NCBI GenBank assembly: GCA_045577675.1
Contig: JAZNIV010000001.1
Location: 1-63,069, forward strand
Direction of reading: 5' to 3'
From: Clostridia bacterium
GTDB taxonomy: Bacteria; Bacillota; Clostridia; UBA1381
DNA length: 63,069 nucleotides
Made by a program: the position numbers and the translations under genes
The notes under the pieces: generated by a model
Databases searched by the model: none
Told to the model about the DNA's origin: nothing
Seen by the model: the letters and a program-made list of their open reading frames with translations, nothing else
Part shown: in pieces, positions 41,452 to 50,143 of the stretch
Numbering within the stretch: position 1 is the first letter of the stretch
Layout: every line of letters begins with the position of its first letter

Positions 41452-42535
41452 TTGAAGAACTTTTTATAGCAGCATCCATAATTGCCATTATTTCCATATT
41501 CTTTTCAAGCGTAAGCATGCTGTGAACATTTTCTCCGGATCTTATACAGCTTGCAATATGCCATGGCATATTCCTATATTTATCATCCCATTTTATCTGT
41601 GGTATTGCTATCTCATTACCATACGCATCATATGCTTTGACATCCGGATCATTCTCTGCTCCGCCAGTACATACAACAACGCCTTCACTGCATATTACCA
41701 TAGGACCTGACGGTATAACAGCTCTCGGTGTTGTCCATGTTCCCTCTATAACAGACATTCTGTCGTCATATTTTACAATTGCCGCAAAATTATCCTCTGT
41801 ATCGCCAAAGGGTGTGTTTAAGTTCGCGCCATAAGACATTACACTCTTTTCACCATCTCCGAGCAACCATTTTGAAAACAGGCAACCGTAGCAGCTTATA
41901 TCAAGGAATACGCCTCCGCCGCGGGAAAGCTTATGCCACCATGTTTTTGAGCGTTGCTCATCTGTCATTTCCTCCGCATTTTCAGATACTCCCCTGTGCT
42001 TTGCGCCCTTTCCGAGAGGGCCGGTATGACCGTTTATGTACCTAAGTTTTATCGGTTTGCCGACAACGCCCGAATCCACAGCTTCTTTTAATCTGTGCAT
42101 ATACTCGCGCCATATAACAGGCCAATTAACTACTGCCTTAATACTATACTTTTGGACAGATTCCTGTATTTTCTTTGCTTCCTTATAGCTTATAGCTATC
42201 GGCTTCTCAATACACACATTCACATTCCGTTTTGCACATTCCTCAACGACCTCCGGCTTCTGCACATTTTCCGTAAGGATAAACGCAATATCCGGCTTAA
42301 GTTCGTCAAGCATTTTTTTGTAATCATCATATATATTTTTGCAATAATTGTTCTTTACATTTTCCATGTTCCAAACCGGCGTGTACCTCAAATCCGGTAT
42401 CTGCTCAACGTCTGATTTTACGTCTGCTGCACCTGCAAGCACAAAATCAGGCTGTTCGCTTATATAGAGTGCAATCTCATTTACATGCATATGTGAAAAT
42501 CCAATTATAACCGCTTTTATCATATTAATCTCCAT
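41423..42535 (-). CDS. Gfo/Idh/MocA-family NAD(P)-dependent oxidoreductase
   Basis: 370-aa ORF. N-terminal Rossmann start MIKAVIIGFSHMH and the EKP motif CIEKPIA. Confidence 0.8.
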   Translation of the reverse strand: MEINMIKAVIIGFSHMHVNEIALYISEQPDFVLAGAADVKSDVEQIPDLRYTPVWNMENVKNNYCKNIYDDYKKMLDELKPDIAFILTENVQKPEVVEECAKRNVNVCIEKPIAISYKEAKKIQESVQKYSIKAVVNWPVIWREYMHRLKEAVDSGVVGKPIKLRYINGHTGPLGKGAKHRGVSENAEEMTDEQRSKTWWHKLSRGGGVFLDISCYGCLFSKWLLGDGEKSVMSYGANLNTPFGDTEDNFAAIVKYDDRMSVIEGTWTTPRAVIPSGPMVICSEGVVVCTGGAENDPDVKAYDAYGNEIAIPQIKWDDKYRNMPWHIASCIRSGENVHSMLTLEKNMEIMAIMDAAIKSSSSGKEEYIYE

Positions 42536-42555
42536 TTTATTCTTTATATAAAACT

Positions 42556-43635
42556 CTATCGTAAATCGGCTGAGTAAACCTCTTTACCAAGTTCTGCCGA
42601 TTTATAAGCCAGCTCGATAATCTCTGCAACATTTACTGTTTCCTCCGGCTTAATATCCGGCTCTGCCTCTCCCTTTAACACTCTGCTTAAATTATCTGCT
42701 ATATAGATATGTCCCGGGAAAACAGAATCATAAGGGCACTTAACGAGCTGAAGCTGTTCTGCCCCTGTTTCTCCGTAATAAATTTTACCTTCCGGCAACT
42801 CAATACCGCTTTTGTGACTAAGCAGTCTTATATCCGATGTTTCCGGCATATTTGCCGCCCACGCAGCCTTAAAGCTTACTTTTGCACCATTTTCAAATGT
42901 AATCATTCCGCATGAAAAATCCTCAACGTCCATTTCCTTAGGATTAAATCTGCGCTGATTATGTACTTCTCCGGTTAAAGCTCCGCTGCCCTTAAGAGAA
43001 CCTATTTCATCAACAAAATTCTGCATTATCGACGCATTAACAGACTTTACCTTTGGATTTCCCATAAGCCATACAAGAGCGTCGATCATATGTACTCCTA
43101 TATCTACAAGCGCACCACCGCAACTTATTTTCTTTATGTGGAAAGTACCCCATGTAGGTATTCCTCTCCTTCTTGTTCTTGAAAGCTCCCCGTAGTAAAT
43201 ATTATCCATTCCGCCGCCGTCAATAAACTTCTTTGCTGCGAGCCGCTCAGGAGTATATCTCATGCTCTGGCATGCCATTAGAACCTTTCCGTTTTTCTCA
43301 GCATAATCAAACATCTCCTGGGCATCCTTCTTTGAAAAGGCAAGCGGCTTTTCGCACAAAACATTTGCTCCGTGCCGTAATGCTTCAAGCGTATATTCCT
43401 TATGGAAGCAATTCGGAACACACACCGATACTACCTCAGGCTTAAGTTCCTCAAGCATCCTTTGTGCATCAGTATACCAATGCTGTATATTGTGCCTTTG
43501 TGCCGTATCGCGTGCCGCATTTTCATTTACATCGCATACCCCTACTATTTCATAGTCCTCCGGAAACATTCTATATGCCGGAATATGTGCGCTGTTTGCA
43601 ATCATGCCGCAGCTTATAATACATACCTTAAACAT
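42556..43635 (-). CDS. Gfo/Idh/MocA-family NAD(P)-dependent oxidoreductase
   Basis: The track ORF extends to 43734. I prefer the ATG at 43635 (MFKVCIISCGMIANSAH), which is preceded by AAGGAGG. It has the motif CEKPLA. Confidence 0.8.
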   Translation of the reverse strand: MFKVCIISCGMIANSAHIPAYRMFPEDYEIVGVCDVNENAARDTAQRHNIQHWYTDAQRMLEELKPEVVSVCVPNCFHKEYTLEALRHGANVLCEKPLAFSKKDAQEMFDYAEKNGKVLMACQSMRYTPERLAAKKFIDGGGMDNIYYGELSRTRRRGIPTWGTFHIKKISCGGALVDIGVHMIDALVWLMGNPKVKSVNASIMQNFVDEIGSLKGSGALTGEVHNQRRFNPKEMDVEDFSCGMITFENGAKVSFKAAWAANMPETSDIRLLSHKSGIELPEGKIYYGETGAEQLQLVKCPYDSVFPGHIYIADNLSRVLKGEAEPDIKPEETVNVAEIIELAYKSAELGKEVYSADLR

Positions 43636-44386
43636 CACATACCTCCTTAAGGAAACCAAAGGTTTCTTCATCCGGCTTTGTTGCTCTGTATTCAAGTCCG
43701 ATATATCCGTCATACTGCATTTTGTTGATTTCATTTAAAATACTTACATAATCAACAATTCCTGTTCCGGGCTCGTGTCTTCCGGGAGCATCCGCAACAT
43801 GAAAATGACCTATTAATGATATATTTTTCCTTATTTGCTCAATGGAAAAATCACCTGTCATATTCTGATGGTAAATATCATAAAGCATCTTGATATTCGG
43901 GCAATCCGCTTTCCTTATAAGCTCAAATACAGGCTCTGCATAAGGCATTGAATATCCGACGCGGTCGGTGCAGTTGAGCGGTTCTATAACGAGCGTTATG
44001 TTCTGCTTCTCTATAATCGGTTTTGCCGCCTCAAGACATTTTAAAATATTTTCCTCGTTATACTCTGCATTTTCTCCTATAAGAACAATCATTGCTTTTG
44101 CGTTAAGCCTCTTATAAACCGGAATACTTTCCTCCAGTGCATTCAGAAAATCCTCTGTCCTTCCGTCATTCAATATTCCCCGCGACAAGTCAAATGACAA
44201 ACTCTCATTGCTGCTGTCAATATTGAATACTGACACATTCATGCCGCTTTGGACAATTTTGTCTATATCCTTATTTGTCCACTTCCAGAATTCTATTGTA
44301 TCTATACCGGATTTTTTCACCTTTTCCGGGCGGGCATAAAAATCACAGTATGAGAACATCATATCAATGCATACACTCAACTTCAT
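43628..44386 (-). CDS. Xylose-isomerase-like TIM-barrel protein (sugar phosphate isomerase/epimerase or hydroxypyruvate-isomerase-like)
   Basis: 252-aa ORF. IEFW, LVIEPLN, HFHVADAPGRHEPGTG and GLEY are typical metal/barrel motifs of this family. Confidence 0.75.
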   Translation of the reverse strand: MKLSVCIDMMFSYCDFYARPEKVKKSGIDTIEFWKWTNKDIDKIVQSGMNVSVFNIDSSNESLSFDLSRGILNDGRTEDFLNALEESIPVYKRLNAKAMIVLIGENAEYNEENILKCLEAAKPIIEKQNITLVIEPLNCTDRVGYSMPYAEPVFELIRKADCPNIKMLYDIYHQNMTGDFSIEQIRKNISLIGHFHVADAPGRHEPGTGIVDYVSILNEINKMQYDGYIGLEYRATKPDEETFGFLKEVCDV

Positions 44387-45665
44387 AATACTTACTCATA
44401 TCCTCATAATTAGCCTTAAGCTCATAGGTTATTTTTTGCCAATCCTCCGGAGCATTTCCCATATCGGGAATATCCAAAAGCTCACCGCCTTTTAACGCAG
44501 ACTCATGAGCCACCAGACCGGGAATCATATATCTTGCACTATCCCATGCATTATTCGGCGGTAATTTGCCCGTCATAACCGCACGCACAAAATCGTCAAC
44601 AAGAAACGGGTGAGAATTATAATGACTAAACTTTGGTGTATTTCGCATTGTCTTAGGGAGTCTGCTCCTATCCTGAATAGGTGCAAATCCCTCAATATAT
44701 TTTACTGAAATAGGATCATGAGCCATATCCATTGTTCCGTTTTTTAAATCCTCATTATATTCTATAGTGTTAACAAGCGGTCCCACATCTTCTATATACG
44801 GATTCTCTCCGCTTGCAACACCTCTTTGATATGTATGGTTTGTAACCGAGCACTCATACGCTCCTTTATCGCCATAAAAACAGGTAATATATGATGATGG
44901 CTTATTGATTCCGACCCTTCTGAATTCATTAATACGCACTACACCTCCGCCCGACATTTGAAAAAGTGCTGTTTCATTGCTGAACGGATTTGACCAGTTG
45001 TTTTTATCCTCACCATAGATATTATCCTCATGATTATCGCGTAAACCCATGCATGATACCTTTGTTGCGTACTCATTAATTGCAGAAAAAATCATAGATA
45101 TCGAATGTGTAGGGTAAAACATCGGCGGAATTCCTGCCACTCTCTGCCATTTATCTCCGCCCGAACGCTTGAAATCATCATACATCTCACATATGTCATG
45201 GTAATACTGCGACTCACCATAAACAAATCGTCCCATTTCTCCTGATTTGTATTTTTCGCGGCAATATATTGCACAGGGATAATAATAACAGGTTTCACCC
45301 ATCATATATATAAGTCTTGTCTTTTGTACAAGTTCTACAATTTCTTTTATTTCCTCAATCGTACACCCTATCGGAACAGCGCTGTAAACATTCTTCCCTC
45401 TTTTCAGTGCCTCGATAATCATTGGCCCGTGCAAATGTCTTTGAGTAAAAATCGCAATACTGTCCAGATCAGGCGCTTTGTCAAGCATTTCCTCAAAAGA
45501 AGAAAATCCCCTTTTGATACTATGTTTCTTCATTGATGCTTCTACTCTACTTTTGTCAAGATCTGCAAGAACAACCTCTTCAACATCCGGATGAATATTA
45601 AACAATCTTATAAAATCGTCCGAAAATTTTCCAATACCAACTATCCCTATCTTCATTGCTAACAA
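44364..45665 (-). CDS. Gfo/Idh/MocA-family oxidoreductase (long form)
   Basis: 433-aa ORF with the N-terminal Rossmann start MKIGIVGIGKFSDDF. Overlaps the downstream gene by 23 nt. Confidence 0.75.
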   Translation of the reverse strand: MLAMKIGIVGIGKFSDDFIRLFNIHPDVEEVVLADLDKSRVEASMKKHSIKRGFSSFEEMLDKAPDLDSIAIFTQRHLHGPMIIEALKRGKNVYSAVPIGCTIEEIKEIVELVQKTRLIYMMGETCYYYPCAIYCREKYKSGEMGRFVYGESQYYHDICEMYDDFKRSGGDKWQRVAGIPPMFYPTHSISMIFSAINEYATKVSCMGLRDNHEDNIYGEDKNNWSNPFSNETALFQMSGGGVVRINEFRRVGINKPSSYITCFYGDKGAYECSVTNHTYQRGVASGENPYIEDVGPLVNTIEYNEDLKNGTMDMAHDPISVKYIEGFAPIQDRSRLPKTMRNTPKFSHYNSHPFLVDDFVRAVMTGKLPPNNAWDSARYMIPGLVAHESALKGGELLDIPDMGNAPEDWQKITYELKANYEDMSKYYEVECMH

Positions 45666-45782
45666 CTTCCCTCTTTGCTGATATAATATAGTTTTTATAT
45701 TTTTATTATATCTTCAATATTTATTTTTTCAATGGAGAAAATAATCCATTTATTGTACAATACGCTCATACTTTTATGCAAA

Positions 45783-45819
45783 CAAAAAAACAGGACTCAA
45801 GTATTTGTCCTGTTTTTTA
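45783..45819 (-). terminator. Intrinsic terminator overlapping the 3' end of the AraC gene
   Basis: AAAAAACAGGAC / GTCCTGTTTTTT 12-bp stem with a 10-nt loop. On the minus strand it is followed by a T-run. Confidence 0.6.
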
Positions 45820-46606
45820 GCTCACCCGGAGTAATTCCTATGAAATGTTTAAACAATTTATGAAAATAGTTTATATCCGGAATATTAACTGCTTCCGCCG
45901 CTTCTCTGACATTATATTCTCCTGTTTCAATCAATGTAACCGCTTTTTTTATCCTAAGATAGTTTCTGTATGTAACAGGAGGCATACTCTTGTATCTTGC
46001 AAATAATTTTCTGAAATTACTCTCACTTGTGTTACACATTGCAGCCAACTCTGTAACTCCTATATCCTCTAAATAATGATTTTCAAGATGCACAATTCCT
46101 TTATAAATTATACTGTTTTTATTTTTTATTCTTTTATATGTTATATCGCAAAACAACCTATGCATAATCTTATAAACACCGGAAAGAACTTCAAGTTCGT
46201 ATCCCAGTTCACCTTTGTTCCATACATCAAGTAAGCCGGCAAACATCTCAAAATAAACACCATATTTGTCTTTTGCCGCAATACATATTTTATTTGGAAA
46301 TCGCACATAAAAATCGTCATGATTGAAATTAACCGATATGTATTTTCCTTTTTCTGATATATTCCATTCAGATGTATATGTTATGTCTTTAGGAAGATAC
46401 AGAATATCACCTTTTCCAGCAATAATCTGTTCCTTTGTGCCTTTATTAAAAATAATTTTCCCTGATTGCACATAGAAAAATCTTGAAAACATTTTTTCAT
46501 TCTTTCTGCATATATATGTTGATGGAGGAACAACCTCTCCAGAGTACACCCCAAATTTGTAGCTTATTGAGTCAAATTCGTTTATCTTAATTCCAAAATC
46601 ATTCAT
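45797..46606 (-). CDS. AraC-family transcriptional regulator (cupin plus HTH)
   Basis: 269-aa ORF with a C-terminal AraC HTH (VTELAAMCNTSESNFRKLFA..IPDINYFHKLFKH). Confidence 0.9.
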   Translation of the reverse strand: MNDFGIKINEFDSISYKFGVYSGEVVPPSTYICRKNEKMFSRFFYVQSGKIIFNKGTKEQIIAGKGDILYLPKDITYTSEWNISEKGKYISVNFNHDDFYVRFPNKICIAAKDKYGVYFEMFAGLLDVWNKGELGYELEVLSGVYKIMHRLFCDITYKRIKNKNSIIYKGIVHLENHYLEDIGVTELAAMCNTSESNFRKLFARYKSMPPVTYRNYLRIKKAVTLIETGEYNVREAAEAVNIPDINYFHKLFKHFIGITPGELKNRTNT

Positions 46607-46805
46607 AAATATATCTCCTGATATCCCTTATTTATTTTTCATTATTCTTTTATTCTAAATACTAAAATCTCAATCAGAAAAGCCGAGCATGAGTTCTTTT
46701 AACCTAACTGCAATATATCATAAATCACTATGATATGTCAAGGGCATTCTTAATGTAAAAAACTCCTGGAAACAGGTATGCTGCCCATTCCCAAGAGGTT
46801 TATCA

Positions 46806-47204
46806 TTATGCTGCAAATTTGCTCCTTCCTTTAGAAAGAATTTGTCTGCACGCAATTTCAAATTCACTAAGTTTTACAAAGTTATTCTGTCCGCCGGTAT
46901 AATCATGTGTATTTTTTGCCTCACGCACAAGAACATTGTTATACCAGTTTTTGTCATATCTCACATCACCGATACTGAAATACATACACCGGTTGTCCTC
47001 GCTGCATATAAAGCCGGAAATCTCATAATACCCTCTGATAAAAACTTTCAGCATATATCCGCTGTCCTTAAGCTGGGCATTGATTTCTGACCGTATATTT
47101 ATTGCAAATTTCACATAATCCTTTGCCGGTCTGTTCTCAATCGGTTCAAAGTTATAGTTGTGCCACTTTTCAATATTTTTTGTCTTATACATTTCTTCCT
47201 CCAT
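46806..47204 (-). CDS. Hypothetical protein (mobile element)
   Basis: 132-aa ORF. The likely start is the second Met (47192) behind GGAGG. Ends in ...SKFAA. Confidence 0.6.
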   Translation of the reverse strand: MEEEMYKTKNIEKWHNYNFEPIENRPAKDYVKFAINIRSEINAQLKDSGYMLKVFIRGYYEISGFICSEDNRCMYFSIGDVRYDKNWYNNVLVREAKNTHDYTGGQNNFVKLSEFEIACRQILSKGRSKFAA

Positions 47205-48012
47205 TCTTTACATACCACTCATCAAGTATTTTCCACAGCATTGTTTCACACTGTTTCAATGTGTATTCTTTTGGGAAATAACCCTTGAGCCGTTTTTGGT
47301 TTATCGAAATATTCTTTTCCTTTACAGTCTCATCAAGAATTTGATGCAGTGCCACTGTGTCCAGCCTTTCATTCTCCGCCAGTTCGCGTATGCTGTGCGC
47401 TTGTTTGTAGTTCACCGTACATTCCTCCGCTTCAATATGGTTATTTACCATATACTGCGGTCGAATCTTCAAAAAGGACAGCTCAACGCCGCCGGTTAGG
47501 GATATGATTTTTTTATCCACCTTATCAAGGAGCTGAAAAATCAAATTTGTCAGTCTGATATATCTGCGCGCATTTCTGCCGCTTATATCGTTTTGTATTC
47601 CCAATTCCTCCTCGCTCCACTTCTGGACATCATGTCCGGAAGTGCGCTGCCCCTGATGCTTAAGTGCCTCATATTTCAATCGATAAGCGTAGGCTTTTTC
47701 GCTCGGCAGAAGATTTTCTCTTTGTATATTGCTGTCCACAAGCAAAATTGCCGCTTCATCATCATCCAGCCGATACACAAATGCCGGTATCTCATCAAGT
47801 CCGGCAAGCTCGCACGCGCGTTTTCGCCTATGCCCCGATATGATTTCATACTTTCCGTTTTCTATCGGACGCACTAAAATGGGTATCAGCACACCATACT
47901 TTCCGATACTGTCCGCAAGCTCATACATTTCCTCATCATCGCATACATGATACGGATGTTCGGAAAAGCCCTCCAGCTTACCTATTTTTATTAATTCCGC
48001 TTTCTTATCCAT
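47185..48012 (-). CDS. ParB-like N-terminal-domain (nuclease/partition) protein
   Basis: The track ORF extends to 48048. I prefer the ATG at 48012 (MDKKAELIKIG), preceded by GGAGG. ParB box GHRRKRACELAG. Confidence 0.8.
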   Translation of the reverse strand: MDKKAELIKIGKLEGFSEHPYHVCDDEEMYELADSIGKYGVLIPILVRPIENGKYEIISGHRRKRACELAGLDEIPAFVYRLDDDEAAILLVDSNIQRENLLPSEKAYAYRLKYEALKHQGQRTSGHDVQKWSEEELGIQNDISGRNARRYIRLTNLIFQLLDKVDKKIISLTGGVELSFLKIRPQYMVNNHIEAEECTVNYKQAHSIRELAENERLDTVALHQILDETVKEKNISINQKRLKGYFPKEYTLKQCETMLWKILDEWYVKNGGRNV

Positions 48013-48081
48013 TACTACCTCCAAATATACGCAGCAAGAGGACACCAAACGGTATCCTCTTGCTGTAAATTCAAGACTTTT

Positions 48082-49062
48082 TTACGCCGCCAAACCATAA
48101 AGCTTCGAGCCCTGCACATTCAATTTCAGCTGGTCTCGCATACCCTCAAGCAGCGTAAAGTTTTCGTCTATTCCTGATAAATTCTGTTTTAAAAGACTTT
48201 CGTACTCTTTCTTTTTCCTCTGCAGTTCTTCGATTTTCAGCGACCAGCGGTCCAGTATACGCTGTGAGCTGTTACCGTTTCGTATGAGCCTTGAAATATT
48301 TTTCTGATATTCCTCAATCTCGCGGCCCATATCAAAATAGAACTCATGCGCCATTTTCTTCCTCTGTGTTTCATCGTCAGCTACATACATCGAATTTGAG
48401 CTGATATATTTTGCATTTCTGCCATCCGCATAAACAAACAGATTTTCCTTTGCCAGCAGTTCAAAAAAGGTTTCAAGAAGGTCTATCTTATGCATATAGT
48501 CCTTTGGCACAAAATAGTGATGGCCTTTGGCTGAAATGCTGATTGCATGCAGTGACGCCATATACTTTTCAACCATATTTTCAATGCTGCTGTTGGAAAC
48601 GCAATCACGATAAAGGGAAAAACGATTGTTTGCCTCATCAAAATATTGAATAACCCTGCTGTCACGGCAAAGGTCATAACCTGAAAGCTGCATTATACCC
48701 ATTTCCTTATCAAGCGTAATATTAGCAAGCTTTCGGTAATTATTTGTACTGTTCATCAGTGTTTCTTCAACAAGTTCGCGCGACAGAATATTGTTGTCAC
48801 CGCGTTTGTTATCGCGGCAATAAATTTTGAGCACTTCATTTCCCTCCTGCTCAATCCTGTCATAAATATTGCTTGTTGCACTTTTGAACGCGTCCGTGAT
48901 CGACCCTTTTTCTGAGACACTAACGGGGAATCCTATCTGTTCGCATATTTCCTTTACTCTTTCCGTTTTCACAATAAGTCTTGGGAAAGAATAATACATA
49001 TACTTTCCCATAATCTCCGACTGCTGACCGTTCTCTGTGTTAATAATCATAAATTTAGACAT
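48082..49062 (-). CDS. Hypothetical protein with a C-terminal coiled coil (mobile element)
   Basis: 326-aa ORF, ends in ...LYGLAA. No motif recognised. Confidence 0.6.
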   Translation of the reverse strand: MSKFMIINTENGQQSEIMGKYMYYSFPRLIVKTERVKEICEQIGFPVSVSEKGSITDAFKSATSNIYDRIEQEGNEVLKIYCRDNKRGDNNILSRELVEETLMNSTNNYRKLANITLDKEMGIMQLSGYDLCRDSRVIQYFDEANNRFSLYRDCVSNSSIENMVEKYMASLHAISISAKGHHYFVPKDYMHKIDLLETFFELLAKENLFVYADGRNAKYISSNSMYVADDETQRKKMAHEFYFDMGREIEEYQKNISRLIRNGNSSQRILDRWSLKIEELQRKKKEYESLLKQNLSGIDENFTLLEGMRDQLKLNVQGSKLYGLAA

Positions 49063-49081
49063 ATGTTTTCTCCTCTCAAAT

Positions 49082-50143
49082 CTATGCTGCTCTTAGCCGC
49101 AGTTTTTTTGCAGCCATATAGTCGTCTATGCCGTTATAGCGCGGGTTCCAGTTATATTCTGTATACTCCACACCCATATCAGCAAGACAATCTTTTATTC
49201 TTTCGACAGCAGCTTGTACATTTACGTTTTTTCGTTTATCCATATCAAGAACAAGATTTACCCTTTTAATATCCATATCAGATATCGTTCCGGCAAGGTG
49301 GTCTACTGCATTCACTCCGGGAACTGCAAGAAACAGCTTGCCGCCTGACAGCACACTTGAAATATCGCCTTTCATCGGTCCCTCAGTCAGATATGCTGTT
49401 TTTGAAGATGTGTCTCCGACAACATGAACCCAGCTTTTTACACCTGTTCCTCCCGGATAACCGTTGGTCGAAAACCAGCGAAATTTCTTACCTTCGCCGC
49501 TTGCCGGATCGAGCCGAACCTGCAAGCCTTGAATGTACCCATCCTTATCGCACACCGGTATCAGGATTCCGCCGTATTTGTTGATATACATTTTCCGGCA
49601 GCCGTCTTTATCCCGGTAAAAGCCCGGGATACCGTCAAGATCGTGCTTTTTTTCCAGCTCCTTTATCACCCTTTCCCGATATACGGACTCCATCGGCATA
49701 CTTTTATACATAAACCTATAGATCTCGTTAAAGGTCAGTCCCCTGTTAATAAGATTGTTATAGTGTTTGGGATGAAGTTTTAACATATTTAATAGGTCAT
49801 AATAAACATTGTGCCGCTCTTTAAGACTTCTTATCGGTTTTTCAGGTTCCGGACAGACAGCAGGTATCGGCTCGTCATTATAAAGCCGCTTTAAAGTTTC
49901 ATAAGTCTCTTTATTACTCAGTCCGTAAATCTTGGCATAAAGCGAAACGCTGTTGCCCTTTTCATTACACCGAAAGCAGTGGAACTGCTCCTTTGCTCGA
50001 TTGAGTCCGAGATGGTATTTGCTGTCGCCGCAGAAGGGGCATCTCGCCTTAAACTCTGCACTGCGGCTTTCATACTGATACAGCTTTATACCGCAGCGCT
50101 TCGCAACCTCAATAATATCAAAGCTCATATATTCACACATCAT
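49082..50143 (-). CDS. DNA primase-like protein (CHC2 zinc finger plus Toprim-like domain)
   Basis: 353-aa ORF. CPFCGDSKYHLGLNRAKEQFHCFRCNEKGN aligns with the DnaG zinc finger. Toprim-like TEGPMKGD and VLDMDK. ATGA overlap with the upstream gene. Confidence 0.8.
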   Translation of the reverse strand: MMCEYMSFDIIEVAKRCGIKLYQYESRSAEFKARCPFCGDSKYHLGLNRAKEQFHCFRCNEKGNSVSLYAKIYGLSNKETYETLKRLYNDEPIPAVCPEPEKPIRSLKERHNVYYDLLNMLKLHPKHYNNLINRGLTFNEIYRFMYKSMPMESVYRERVIKELEKKHDLDGIPGFYRDKDGCRKMYINKYGGILIPVCDKDGYIQGLQVRLDPASGEGKKFRWFSTNGYPGGTGVKSWVHVVGDTSSKTAYLTEGPMKGDISSVLSGGKLFLAVPGVNAVDHLAGTISDMDIKRVNLVLDMDKRKNVNVQAAVERIKDCLADMGVEYTEYNWNPRYNGIDDYMAAKKLRLRAA

